A stretch of 64,000 nucleotides of DNA from Eubacteriales bacterium (GTDB lineage Bacteria; Bacillota; Clostridia; Oscillospirales; CAG-382): positions 9,886 to 73,885 of the forward strand of contig JAZNIJ010000239.1 in assembly GCA_045577455.1 (NCBI GenBank). Reading direction: 5' to 3'. Every line of letters begins with the position of its first letter. Within the stretch, counting starts at the first letter, position 1. This document shows positions 54,637 through 64,000 of the stretch, in pieces. Position numbers and translations under genes: made by a program. The notes under the pieces are model-generated. The model saw only the letters and a list, made by a program, of their open reading frames with translations, was not told the DNA's origin and ran no database searches.

Positions 54637-56394
54637 ATGAAGGTCATTGCTCACGACGGAAGCATCTCAGATGTTTCTTTTAACGAAGAAGAGGGAAAAA
54701 AGGCGTTTTGGCATACTGCTTCCCATATTTTGGCTCAGGCAGTTAAAAGACTTTATCCTGAAACGAAATTGACCATAGGTCCTGCTATTAAAGAAGGATT
54801 TTATTACGATTTCGACAGAGAAACTCCATTTACTGTTGAAGACTTTGATGCTATAGAAGCAGAAATGAAGAAAATAGTTAAAGAGAACCTTCCTCTCAAG
54901 AGATTCACTCTTTCAAGAGAAGAAGCTCTTGCAAAAATAAATTCTGCAAACGAGCCATATAAGGCAGAGCTTTTGGCAGATATTCCTGAAGGTGATGATA
55001 TCAGCTTTTTCGAACAGGGCGAATTTTTCGACCTTTGCGCAGGACCTCATGTTGCATACACATCTGTAGTTAAAGCGTTCAAGCTCACAAAGGTTGCAGG
55101 CGCATATTGGCGTGGCGACGAGAAAAATAAAATGCTTTCAAGAATATACGGTATTGCTTTCCCAACTGCAGGTGAGCTTAAAGAATATCTTGACAGAATT
55201 GAAGAAGCAAAAAAACGCGACCATAGAAAATTGGGCAAAGAGCTTGAGCTTTTTGAAATTATGGATGAAGGCCCTGGTTTCCCATTCTTCCTTCCAAAGG
55301 GAATGATTGTTAAAAACGAGCTTATGAAGTTCTGGAGAGAGATTCATACAAGAGAGGGTTATGTAGAAATAAGCACTCCTATGATGCTCACCAAAACTCT
55401 TTGGGAAACATCAGGACATTGGGCACATTACAGCCAGAATATGTATACATCTGAAATTGATGAAAGCACATTTGCTGTTAAGCCAATGAACTGTCCGGGA
55501 AGTCTTTTGGTTTATAATATGAAGCCACATTCATATAAAGAGCTCCCAATGCGTGTTGGCGAGCTTGGTCTTGTTCATCGCCATGAAAAGGCAGGTGCTT
55601 TACACGGTCTTATGAGGGTAAGATGCTTCACTCAGGATGATGCTCATATCTTTATGACAAAAGAACAGATTACCGATGAAATAAAGGGCGTTGTTCGTCT
55701 TATTGATGAGGTTTATACTCTCTTTGGATTCAAATACAGCATTGAGCTTTCAACAATGCCTGAAGACCACCTTGGAAGCATTGAAGATTGGGATATGGCA
55801 ACCAATGGTTTAAAGGCGGCTTTGGACGAGCTTGGAATGGCTTATGAGATTAACGAAGGTGACGGAGCATTCTATGGCCCTAAAATTGACTTCCACCTTG
55901 AAGATTGCCTTGGAAGAACATGGCAATGCGGAACAATCCAGCTTGATTTCCAGCTTCCACAGAGATTTGATATTGATTATATTGGTGCAGACGGTCAGAA
56001 ACATCGTCCAATAATGATTCATAGAGTTGTATTCGGTTCAATTGAAAGATTTATCGGTATCCTCACAGAGCATTTTGCAGGAAAATTCCCACTTTGGCTT
56101 GCTCCTGTTCAGGCAAAAATCCTTCCAATAACAGATGCTCAGCGTGATTACGCTTTGTCTGTTGCCGAAAAGCTCAAAGCAAAGGGAATAAGATGTGAGG
56201 TTGATGATCGTTCTGAATCCTTGAACTACAAGGTAAGAGAAGCACAGCTTCAGAAGATAAGATATATTTTAGTTGTTGGTGAAAAAGAAGCAACAGCAGG
56301 AACTGCTGCAATAAGAGGCGGTGCAGTGCTTCCCGTTGACGAGCTTATTGAAAAGCTCTGCAACGAAATTGAAAACAGAGTAACTTCATTGTAA
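54637..56394 (+). CDS. thrS: Threonyl-tRNA synthetase. The start is uncertain. The N-terminal TGS domain looks truncated.
   Basis: Class-II aaRS motifs, the ThrRS zinc site and an anticodon-binding domain. From the MKVIAHDGS start the protein is about 585 aa, and the second additional domain (HTASHILAQAVKRLY) begins right after the DGS motif. Confidence 0.85.
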   Translation: MKVIAHDGSISDVSFNEEEGKKAFWHTASHILAQAVKRLYPETKLTIGPAIKEGFYYDFDRETPFTVEDFDAIEAEMKKIVKENLPLKRFTLSREEALAKINSANEPYKAELLADIPEGDDISFFEQGEFFDLCAGPHVAYTSVVKAFKLTKVAGAYWRGDEKNKMLSRIYGIAFPTAGELKEYLDRIEEAKKRDHRKLGKELELFEIMDEGPGFPFFLPKGMIVKNELMKFWREIHTREGYVEISTPMMLTKTLWETSGHWAHYSQNMYTSEIDESTFAVKPMNCPGSLLVYNMKPHSYKELPMRVGELGLVHRHEKAGALHGLMRVRCFTQDDAHIFMTKEQITDEIKGVVRLIDEVYTLFGFKYSIELSTMPEDHLGSIEDWDMATNGLKAALDELGMAYEINEGDGAFYGPKIDFHLEDCLGRTWQCGTIQLDFQLPQRFDIDYIGADGQKHRPIMIHRVVFGSIERFIGILTEHFAGKFPLWLAPVQAKILPITDAQRDYALSVAEKLKAKGIRCEVDDRSESLNYKVREAQLQKIRYILVVGEKEATAGTAAIRGGAVLPVDELIEKLCNEIENRVTSL

Positions 56395-56408
56395 TACGGA
56401 GGAATAAA

Positions 56409-59400
56409 ATGTATAAAAAGGTTTCGTCTGAACTCAGTTTTGTTCAGAGAGAAAAAAATATTGAAAAATTCTGGAAAGAAAATAAAATATTTGAAAAAAG
56501 TATAGATTCACGCCGTGAAGGTGAGCCGTATGTTTTCTATGATGGCCCACCAACAGCAAACGGAAAGCCACATATCGGTCATGTCCTTACCCGTGTTATA
56601 AAAGATATGATTCCTCGTTACAGAACAATGAAGGGATATATGGTTCCAAGAAAAGCAGGTTGGGATACCCATGGTCTTCCTGTTGAAATTGAAGTTGAAA
56701 AGCTTTTGGGGCTTGATGGCAAAGAACAGATTGAACAATATGGTCTTGATGGCTTTATTGAAAAATGTAAAGAATCTGTTTGGAAATATAAGGGTATGTG
56801 GGAAGATTTCTCAGGAACTGTTGGTTTCTGGGCTGATATGGATGACCCATATGTAACATATCACGATAATTTTATAGAATCCGAATGGTGGGCACTTTCT
56901 GAAATATGGAAAAAGGGACTTCTTTATAAGGGTCATAAGATTGTTCCATATTGCCCTCGTTGCGGAACCCCCTTGTCATCTCACGAAGTTGCTCAGGGAT
57001 ACAAGGATGTTAAAGAAAAGTCTGCAATTGCAAGATTTAAAATAAAGGGTAAAGAAGGGGAGTATTTCCTTGCGTGGACAACAACCCCTTGGACATTGCC
57101 ATCTAATGTTGCCCTTTGTGTTAACCCCGATGAAAAATATGTTAAAATCAAAACAGGCGAATATGTTTATATTCTTGCTGAGGCGCTTGTTCCTGTTGTA
57201 ATTGGGGAAGAATATGAAGTGCTTGAAGAATATGTTGGCAAGGATTTGGAGTATACAGAATACGAGCCGTTGTTTGATTTTGCGAAGCCGGATAAAAAAG
57301 CATATTATGTTGTTTGCGATAATTATGTAACTCTCACTGACGGTACAGGTATCGTTCATATAGCACCTGCATTCGGTGAAGATGATAATAAAGTTGGAAA
57401 GAAATATGACCTTCCATTTGTCCAGCTTGTTGATTCCAAGGGTGAAATGACAAAAGAAACAAAATGGGCAGGAATGTTCTGCAAAAAAGCAGACAAAGAG
57501 ATTTTAAAAGACCTTGAAATCAGAGGACTCCTTTTCTCTGCTCCAAACTTTGAACATAGCTATCCTCATTGCTGGAGATGTGATACACCACTTATTTATT
57601 ATGCAAGAGAATCCTGGTTTATCAAAATGACCGCTGTTAGAGAACAGCTTATTAAAAACAACAATACAGTTAATTGGATTCCTGAAAGCGTTGGTAAGGG
57701 AAGATTTGGTGATTGGCTTGAAAATATTCAGGATTGGGGAATAAGCCGTAACCGTTATTGGGGAACACCTCTTAATATCTGGGAATGTTCTTGCGGACAT
57801 CAACACGCAATAGGAAGCAAGGCAGAGCTTAAAGAAATGGCAACAACTTCTTTTGAAGATGTTGAGCTTCATAGACCTCATATCGATAGAATAACTCTTA
57901 AATGCCCCAAATGTGGCGGAGAAATGAAACGAGTTCCCGAGGTTATTGACTGTTGGTTCGACAGCGGTGCAATGCCTTTTGCACAGCATCATTATCCATT
58001 TGAAAATAAAGACCTTTTTGACGCTCAGTTCCCTGCGGATTTCATCTCTGAAGCAGTGGACCAGACAAGAGGTTGGTTCTATTCATTGATGGCAATTTCA
58101 ACATTGCTTTTCGATAAAGCACCGTACAGAAACGTTATTGTTCTCGGCCATGTTCAGGATGAAAACGGACAGAAAATGTCTAAATCCAAAGGAAACGCTG
58201 TAGACCCATTTGAAGCTCTTGAATCATATGGTGCAGATGCAATTCGTTGGTATTTCTATTCCAACAGCGCACCTTGGTTGCCAAACCGTTTTCACGGTAA
58301 AGCAGTTGTTGAAGGTCAGCGCAAGTTTATGGGTACTATATGGAATACCTATGCATTCTTTGTGCTTTATGCAAATATAGATAACTTCAATCCTCTTGAA
58401 TATAAGCTGGAATACGATAAGTTGTCTGTTATGGATAAATGGATGCTTTCACGACTCAATACTCTGATAAAGACCGTTGATAATAATCTTGAAAATTATA
58501 AAATAACAGAAACAGCAAGAGCATTACAGGAATTCGTTGATGATATGAGTAACTGGTATGTTCGCAGAAGTCGTGAGCGTTTCTGGGCTAAGGGAATGGA
58601 ACAGGATAAGATAAACGCTTATATGACCCTTTATACATCCCTTGTTTCTCTCGCTAAGGTTTGCGCTCCTATGATTCCGTTTATGGCAGAGGAGATTTAT
58701 CAGAACCTTGTACGCTCAGTTGATGAAACTGCTCCCGAAAGTATTCATCTTTGCGAATTCCCGATATGCAATGAGAGCTTCATAGATTCAGAGCTTGAAC
58801 TTAATATGACGCATGTTCTTGATGTTGTATTTTTGGGAAGAGCTTGCCGTAACCTTGCCAATATCAAAAACCGTCAGCCAATCGGTAAGATGTATGTTAA
58901 AGCGGATTTTGATTTGACAAAGCTTTATATTGATATTGTTGAAGAAGAACTTAATGTTAAAGAAGTTGTGTTTACAGGAGATGTTAAGGGCTTCACTTCA
59001 TATAGCTTTAAACCACAGCTTAAAACCGTTGGGCCAAAATACGGTAAACAGCTCGGCTTAATTAAGACAACACTTGCCGAGCTTGACGGTAACGAAGCAA
59101 TGGATACTCTTAATCGTGATGGTGCTTTGAAGTTTAACTTTGACGGTGTTGAAGTTGTTCTCACTAAAGACGATTTGCTTATTTCAACTGCTCAGACAGT
59201 TGGTTTTGAATCAGTTTCTGATTTTGGAATAACTGTTGCACTTGATACAAATCTTTCTGAAGAGCTTATCGAAGAAGGTATTGTAAGAGAGCTTGTTAGC
59301 AAAATTCAGACAATGCGTAAAGATTCCGGCTTTGAGGTTATGGATAATATCAAGCTGTATATTTACGGTAATGAAAAGATAGTTTCAGTTGCATCTAAAA

Positions 59401-59522
59401 ACATCGAAGGTATTATGAACGATGTTCTTGCAAAAGAATTTGTATCTGATGTTGAATATCACGCTGCTAAGGAATGGGATATCAACGGAGAAAAGGTTAC
59501 CATTGGTGTAGAAAAAATATAA
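56409..59522 (+). CDS. ileS: Isoleucyl-tRNA synthetase, type 2 (eukaryote-like form).
   Basis: 1037 aa. HIGH (PHIGH) and KMSKS (KMSKSKGN) motifs. No C-terminal Cys4 zinc-finger tail. Length and C-terminus match IleRS2 rather than IleRS1. Confidence 0.9.
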   Translation: MYKKVSSELSFVQREKNIEKFWKENKIFEKSIDSRREGEPYVFYDGPPTANGKPHIGHVLTRVIKDMIPRYRTMKGYMVPRKAGWDTHGLPVEIEVEKLLGLDGKEQIEQYGLDGFIEKCKESVWKYKGMWEDFSGTVGFWADMDDPYVTYHDNFIESEWWALSEIWKKGLLYKGHKIVPYCPRCGTPLSSHEVAQGYKDVKEKSAIARFKIKGKEGEYFLAWTTTPWTLPSNVALCVNPDEKYVKIKTGEYVYILAEALVPVVIGEEYEVLEEYVGKDLEYTEYEPLFDFAKPDKKAYYVVCDNYVTLTDGTGIVHIAPAFGEDDNKVGKKYDLPFVQLVDSKGEMTKETKWAGMFCKKADKEILKDLEIRGLLFSAPNFEHSYPHCWRCDTPLIYYARESWFIKMTAVREQLIKNNNTVNWIPESVGKGRFGDWLENIQDWGISRNRYWGTPLNIWECSCGHQHAIGSKAELKEMATTSFEDVELHRPHIDRITLKCPKCGGEMKRVPEVIDCWFDSGAMPFAQHHYPFENKDLFDAQFPADFISEAVDQTRGWFYSLMAISTLLFDKAPYRNVIVLGHVQDENGQKMSKSKGNAVDPFEALESYGADAIRWYFYSNSAPWLPNRFHGKAVVEGQRKFMGTIWNTYAFFVLYANIDNFNPLEYKLEYDKLSVMDKWMLSRLNTLIKTVDNNLENYKITETARALQEFVDDMSNWYVRRSRERFWAKGMEQDKINAYMTLYTSLVSLAKVCAPMIPFMAEEIYQNLVRSVDETAPESIHLCEFPICNESFIDSELELNMTHVLDVVFLGRACRNLANIKNRQPIGKMYVKADFDLTKLYIDIVEEELNVKEVVFTGDVKGFTSYSFKPQLKTVGPKYGKQLGLIKTTLAELDGNEAMDTLNRDGALKFNFDGVEVVLTKDDLLISTAQTVGFESVSDFGITVALDTNLSEELIEEGIVRELVSKIQTMRKDSGFEVMDNIKLYIYGNEKIVSVASKNIEGIMNDVLAKEFVSDVEYHAAKEWDINGEKVTIGVEKI

Positions 59523-59576
59523 CAATGCAGATTTAAACTTTTTAAGGTACGATAATTAAAAGGTTCGATAACAAAT

Positions 59577-60746
59577 ATGAAGATAAAATTTTCATCCAAA
59601 ACAATATCAACTGCCATACTTTTTTTGCTTTCCATCGCTTTGGGCTTGTTAACGGTTCTTTTTGTAGGAGAGGGAAAAAAAGAAGAGGCAATATCATTTG
59701 AAGAAATTGCTCAAAGCAATGAGGAGAACCCGGAGTGGGCGGATATTTCTGAAATCGAAGAAGAAGTTTCGGAAGAAATTGCTTTAACCTTTGAGCAGAT
59801 TATACAGTCCGTTAATTCGCGGTACAATTGTTCCGGAAAAATAACGGAAGCTGTTTTTTCAGATGAGTTGGGTATTAAAATCGACAAAATTAGTTATCTT
59901 GATGGATTTACTCCCGAAAATGTATCCTATTCTTTGGGGTACATTTTCGCGGGAGATAGAATTTTTGATAAGTCGGGTAACGATTTAACATCGGTTCTTT
60001 TGGGTTATAATTTTATCGGACTCAGAGATTTAAACGGTAACGCATTGTTTGAAAAAGACGGAAAGTATTATTTTCTCCAAAACGGTGCAGTTACAGAATC
60101 AAATGAAACAAGATATACCGCCAACGAACCGAGATATTTTTTTGAATCTGATGATTCTGCTACATTCTATAAAAGTAACGGAAAATGGGGTCTTAAGAAT
60201 TCAGAAGGAAAAATAGTTGTCAGCGCCTCTTTTACCTATGCATACGGAATAAGTGAGGGGGTTGCAATTTTTGCAACTCAGAATAAAAATCTGTATTTGT
60301 ATGATATGGATGGAAAGAAAATATCAACAAACTATTTTGTTCCCCAAACAGGCATGGGTATCGGCTTTGTTAAAAACAACATTACCTTGGCATCTGACGG
60401 AAGTAAAAATATTGTTTTGAAACCAAACGGTGCAATTCTTGAAACTCCCGCAGATTACCGAGTTGTCGGCTGTTCGGATGGTATGATACTACTTGAAAAA
60501 AACGGTAAAAAGGGATATATGGGCAGTGACGGCAGATGGAAAGTATATCCTGAGTATTCTTATGCAAATGACTACCGTGAAGGGCTTGCTATTGTTTCTG
60601 ATGGAAAATTAAAGGTTATTGATAAAAACGGAGAAACAGTTATTCCCGGTATTTTTGATCATATATTTAATTTTGCTGACGGGGTCACTTTTGCATATTC
60701 ATTTGAAAATGGATGGTATATTATTCAAAAACAAATCTTGACATGA
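59577..60746 (+). CDS. WG-repeat (KWG-like) protein with an N-terminal membrane anchor.
   Basis: N-terminal TM/signal ISTAILFLLSIALGLLTVLFV. Several repeats containing (K)WG/YxxG (NGKWGLKNSEGKIVV, GKKGYMGSDGRWKV, DGKLKVIDKNGETVIP). Confidence 0.6.
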   Translation: MKIKFSSKTISTAILFLLSIALGLLTVLFVGEGKKEEAISFEEIAQSNEENPEWADISEIEEEVSEEIALTFEQIIQSVNSRYNCSGKITEAVFSDELGIKIDKISYLDGFTPENVSYSLGYIFAGDRIFDKSGNDLTSVLLGYNFIGLRDLNGNALFEKDGKYYFLQNGAVTESNETRYTANEPRYFFESDDSATFYKSNGKWGLKNSEGKIVVSASFTYAYGISEGVAIFATQNKNLYLYDMDGKKISTNYFVPQTGMGIGFVKNNITLASDGSKNIVLKPNGAILETPADYRVVGCSDGMILLEKNGKKGYMGSDGRWKVYPEYSYANDYREGLAIVSDGKLKVIDKNGETVIPGIFDHIFNFADGVTFAYSFENGWYIIQKQILT

Positions 60747-60821
60747 AAATAAAACCGAAACAATTTGTAAAAAATATCAACAAAAAAATATAATAAAAAT
60801 TTAAAAAAAGTATAATTAGTG

Positions 60822-60850
60822 TTGATTTTTTGCTTTTTTTGTTGTATAAT
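60822..60850 (+). promoter_or_regulatory. Sigma-A promoter (TTGATT-17-TATAAT) for the glg genes.
   Basis: TTGATT at 60822-60827, a 17-nt spacer, TATAAT at 60845-60850. Confidence 0.45.
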
Positions 60851-60899
60851 ATTTTTGAAATAAATGTTTAGTGTTTTGATAAGGAATAAAGGGCAGATT

Positions 60900-62816
60900 A
60901 TGAAAAATAATTTTAATAACAATAATAATATTCCCACTGACGAAAGTGATGAATTTGCCAAATATTTATTTCGCCAAGGAACAAATTATCAGACATATAA
61001 ATATTTAGGAGCTCATCCGTATAAAAACGGATATGTTTTCAGAGTATGGGCGCCGTCTGCTGATAGAGTATGCTTAGTTGGAGATTTTTGCGATTGGGAA
61101 AACGGAATCCCTATGGTTTGTTCTGACGGTATATGGGGTGTCTATGTTGATACTGTTGAGATTGTAGACGGTATGAAATACAAGTATCTTATAGAGCGAG
61201 ACGGCAGGACCTTTTATAAAGGTGACCCGTATGCTTTCTCTTCTGAGCAGGCGTATCCGGGTGCATCTGTGATTTATGATGTTCTTTCCGAAGATAGCTT
61301 CAAATGGGATGATGCAGAATATCTGAAAGGAAGAAAAAAGCTTTCTTCTTCATTGAGTGAATATAAAGCCCTTAAAATTCCTATGAACATTTATGAGGTT
61401 CATTTGGGATCATGGAAACGAAATGATGACGGGTCATATAAAAATTACAAGGATATAGCGGATGAGCTTGTTCCTTATGTAAAATCAATGGGATATACTC
61501 ATGTTGAGATTTTGCCCATTGCCGAACATCCTTTTGACGGCTCTTGGGGATATCAGGTATGTGGTTATTATGCTCCTACATGCCGTTTTGGTACGCCTTC
61601 AGATTTTAAGTATTTTGTTAATAAGCTTCACATTTCGGGGATAGGGCTGATTCTCGATTGGGTTCCTGCTCATTTTCCCAAGGATGCTCACGGTTTATAT
61701 GAGTTTGACGGTGGATGTCTTTACGAATATCAGGGGGAAGACAGAAAAGAACATAAGGGTTGGGGTACAAGAGCTTTTGATGTTGGAAGAACGGAGGTTC
61801 AGTCTTTTCTTGTTTCAAACGCTTTATATTGGCTTAAGGAATATCATGTTGACGGACTTCGCGTAGACGCAGTTTCTTCTATGCTGTATCTTGATTACGG
61901 CAGAGAGCCGGGGGAATGGAACCCAAACCCTGATGGAAGTAACTATTGTCTCGAAGCAATTGCTTTTTTCAAAAAGCTGAATAAGGTTGTACGAGAAGAA
62001 GTACCCGATGCATTGATGATTGCCGAGGAAGCAACATCGTATCCCGGTATAACTGCAAAAGACGGTCTCGGCTTTTCTATGAAATGGAATATGGGGTGGA
62101 TGAACGACACCCTTGATTATATAGAAACGGATAGTTTTTTCAGAAAATGTGTTCATAATAAGATGACATTTTCATTGATGTATTCTTTTTCTGAAAACTA
62201 TATTTTGCCTATATCACATGATGAGGTTGTTCACGGTAAACGTTCTTTGGTTGATAAGATGTTTGGTGACTATGAGCAAAAGTTTGCTTGCGCAAAAACT
62301 TATTTGGCATATATGTTTGCTCATCCCGGAAAAAAACTGATTTTCATGGGCTGTGAGTACGCACAGTTCAGAGAGTGGGATTATGCAAATTCTCTTGAGT
62401 GGTTTATGCTTAAATATGATAAACACAGAGCTTATCAAACATATAATAAAGAGCTTAATCATTTTTATCTCACCCATAAACCAATGTGGGAAATAGAAGA
62501 TTCTTTTGACGGCTTTCATTGGATTTCCGCTGATGACAGAGATAACAATATCTACGCTTTTGAAAGACGGGACTCCCACAAAAATATTGTTTATGTTATT
62601 TTGAATTTTTCACCGAATGCATATATGAATTATTATCTTCCTGTTGAAGAAAACGGAGAATATGATATTTTGCTTAATAGTGATGACGAAAGGTTTGGCG
62701 GACACGGTATGCTCAGAGAAAAGAAACTTGTGGCAAGTGATAATTATCTGAGAGTTAATGTTCCTCCTCTTACGGGACTTTATTTAATTAGAAAAAAAAT
62801 AATTGCTGACATTTAA
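60900..62816 (+). CDS. glgB: 1,4-alpha-glucan branching enzyme GlgB.
   Basis: GH13 motifs (DWVPAHF, GLRVDAVSSMLY, EESTSYP-like AEEATSYP, FMGCEYAQ). N-terminal CBM48 region (YLFRQGTNYQTYKYLGAHP). Confidence 0.9.
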   Translation: MKNNFNNNNNIPTDESDEFAKYLFRQGTNYQTYKYLGAHPYKNGYVFRVWAPSADRVCLVGDFCDWENGIPMVCSDGIWGVYVDTVEIVDGMKYKYLIERDGRTFYKGDPYAFSSEQAYPGASVIYDVLSEDSFKWDDAEYLKGRKKLSSSLSEYKALKIPMNIYEVHLGSWKRNDDGSYKNYKDIADELVPYVKSMGYTHVEILPIAEHPFDGSWGYQVCGYYAPTCRFGTPSDFKYFVNKLHISGIGLILDWVPAHFPKDAHGLYEFDGGCLYEYQGEDRKEHKGWGTRAFDVGRTEVQSFLVSNALYWLKEYHVDGLRVDAVSSMLYLDYGREPGEWNPNPDGSNYCLEAIAFFKKLNKVVREEVPDALMIAEEATSYPGITAKDGLGFSMKWNMGWMNDTLDYIETDSFFRKCVHNKMTFSLMYSFSENYILPISHDEVVHGKRSLVDKMFGDYEQKFACAKTYLAYMFAHPGKKLIFMGCEYAQFREWDYANSLEWFMLKYDKHRAYQTYNKELNHFYLTHKPMWEIEDSFDGFHWISADDRDNNIYAFERRDSHKNIVYVILNFSPNAYMNYYLPVEENGEYDILLNSDDERFGGHGMLREKKLVASDNYLRVNVPPLTGLYLIRKKIIADI

Positions 62817-62834
62817 GAAAAGGCGGTTGGTTTT

Positions 62835-64000
62835 ATGGTTAAAAAGAAAGAATGCGTTGCAATGCTTCTTGCAGGTGGTCAGGGGAGCAGATTGTATCTT
62901 CTTACAAGACAGCAGGCAAAACCTGCAGTGCCTTTTGGAAGTAAATATAGAATAATAGATTTTCCCCTTTCAAATTGCATCAATTCAGGTATAGACACTG
63001 TTGGTGTTCTCACACAGTATCAGCCGTTGGCTCTTAACGATTATATCGGTAACGGTCAAGCGTGGGATATGGACAGAGCATACGGTGGAGTTACTTTGTT
63101 ACCCCCGTATCAGGGAATGCAAAAGGCAGACTGGTATAAGGGAACAGCAAATGCCATTTACCAGAATATTAACTTTATTAAAAGATATGACCCCGAATAT
63201 GTTGTTGTGCTTTCGGGAGACCATATATATAAAATGAATTACGGAGAAATGGTTAGCTTCCATAAGAAAAAGAATGCAGATTGCACCATTGCCGTAATTG
63301 ATGTTCCAATAGAAGAAGCATCGAGGTTTGGAATTATGACAACCAACGATGATATGGAAATTGTTAATTTCGAGGAAAAGCCAAAGAATCCCCAAAGTAC
63401 AAAGGCGTCTATGGGCGTTTATGTGTTTTCTGCCGATAAGCTCTATAAATACCTTGAAATGGATGAAAACGATGCAAACAGCGAAAATGACTTCGGAAAA
63501 AATATAATTCCTTCAATGCTTGGTGCGGGAGAAAGATTGTTTGCATACAGATTTGACGGTTATTGGAAGGATGTTGGAACAATAAGCAGTCTTTGGGAAG
63601 CAAATATGGATCTTTTGGGAGACAATCCAACGTTGGATCTTCACGATAGAAACAGTAGAATCTTCTCAAAATCGGCTCCACGATCACCACAGTATATTGC
63701 AAATAACAGTAAGCAAATAAACAGTATGGTAGCGGGAGACAGCGAGATTTACGGGACAATAATCAATTCTGTAATTTCTCCGGGTGTTATTGTTGAAAGC
63801 GGTGCAGTTGTAACAGATTCTGTTATTATGAGTGATGTTGTTATTTCCTCAGGAGCTAGGGTTGATTATTCTGTTATAGATAGCGATAGCGTTGTTTCGG
63901 CAAATGCAGTTGTTGGCGAACCGATGTCTGCAGGTAAGGATATAACCCTTGTTGGAAGCAATGTAGTTATTCCAAAGGGTGCAGTAATCCCTGCAGGTGC
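62835..64000 (+). CDS. glgC: Glucose-1-phosphate adenylyltransferase GlgC, 5' part. The gene runs off the window end.
   Basis: [52 protein letters not shown] is the ADP-glucose pyrophosphorylase N-terminal signature. A left-handed beta-helix region (hexapeptide repeats) sits at the end of the window. Confidence 0.9.
   Translation, partial: MVKKKECVAMLLAGGQGSRLYLLTRQQAKPAVPFGSKYRIIDFPLSNCINSGIDTVGVLTQYQPLALNDYIGNGQAWDMDRAYGGVTLLPPYQGMQKADWYKGTANAIYQNINFIKRYDPEYVVVLSGDHIYKMNYGEMVSFHKKKNADCTIAVIDVPIEEASRFGIMTTNDDMEIVNFEEKPKNPQSTKASMGVYVFSADKLYKYLEMDENDANSENDFGKNIIPSMLGAGERLFAYRFDGYWKDVGTISSLWEANMDLLGDNPTLDLHDRNSRIFSKSAPRSPQYIANNSKQINSMVAGDSEIYGTIINSVISPGVIVESGAVVTDSVIMSDVVISSGARVDYSVIDSDSVVSANAVVGEPMSAGKDITLVGSNVVIPKGAVIPAG

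Overview
This 64 kb window is low-GC, gene-dense chromosome from a strictly anaerobic Firmicute, probably a gut Clostridia / Oscillospiraceae-like organism. Coding is mostly on the + strand after about 19.7 kb, and most of the content is housekeeping.

Supported features, in order:
- Sugar ABC transporter tail (MalF-type permease and MalK/MsmK-type ATPase), an RDD membrane protein and a SASA-family carbohydrate O-acetylesterase.
- An ECF sigma factor, a single-pass membrane (anti-sigma-like) protein and a secreted serpin lipoprotein that look like one operon.
- A TPP-riboswitch-controlled thiamine operon thiS-thiF-thiG-thiH-thiE-thiD, ending in a roughly 370 bp remnant of thiC that keeps only the N- and C-terminal ends.
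- A small islet of hypothetical genes next to a tRNA-Val(TAC) on the minus strand.
- A PHP-family phosphatase, and a large membrane-anchored surface protein built of InlB-B-repeat-like Ig domains, plus lipoproteins.
- ytfJ (sporulation), preceded by a strong promoter and a 34-aa hydrophobic small ORF.
- A trimeric NuoE/NuoF-like [FeFe]-hydrogenase operon hydC-hydB-hydA. HydA carries TSCSPGW in place of the canonical TSCCPxW, so the proton-relay cysteine is a serine.
- A long housekeeping run (each called in the features): an rRNA pseudouridine synthase, nadD-yqeK-rsfS, leuS, thyA-folA, tgt, an M24 peptidase, secA, asnB, mnmE, thrS, a type-2 ileS, and glgB-glgC.

Other notable items in that run:
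- An 870-aa MORN-repeat protein.
- A MurQ/GCKR-like SIS protein with a large insertion.
- A YdjI/YdjG/YdjH-like module: an SPFH protein with a tandem zinc-ribbon tail, a zinc-ribbon membrane protein and a TPM-domain protein.
- Two paralogous polytopic membrane proteins immediately upstream of asnB.
- A WG-repeat protein.

I see no CRISPR array, transposase, integrase or prophage genes. The candidates most worth follow-up are the ECF-sigma-serpin operon, the thiC remnant in an otherwise intact riboswitch-controlled thi operon, the Cys-to-Ser HydA, and the PspA-less SPFH / zinc-ribbon / TPM module.
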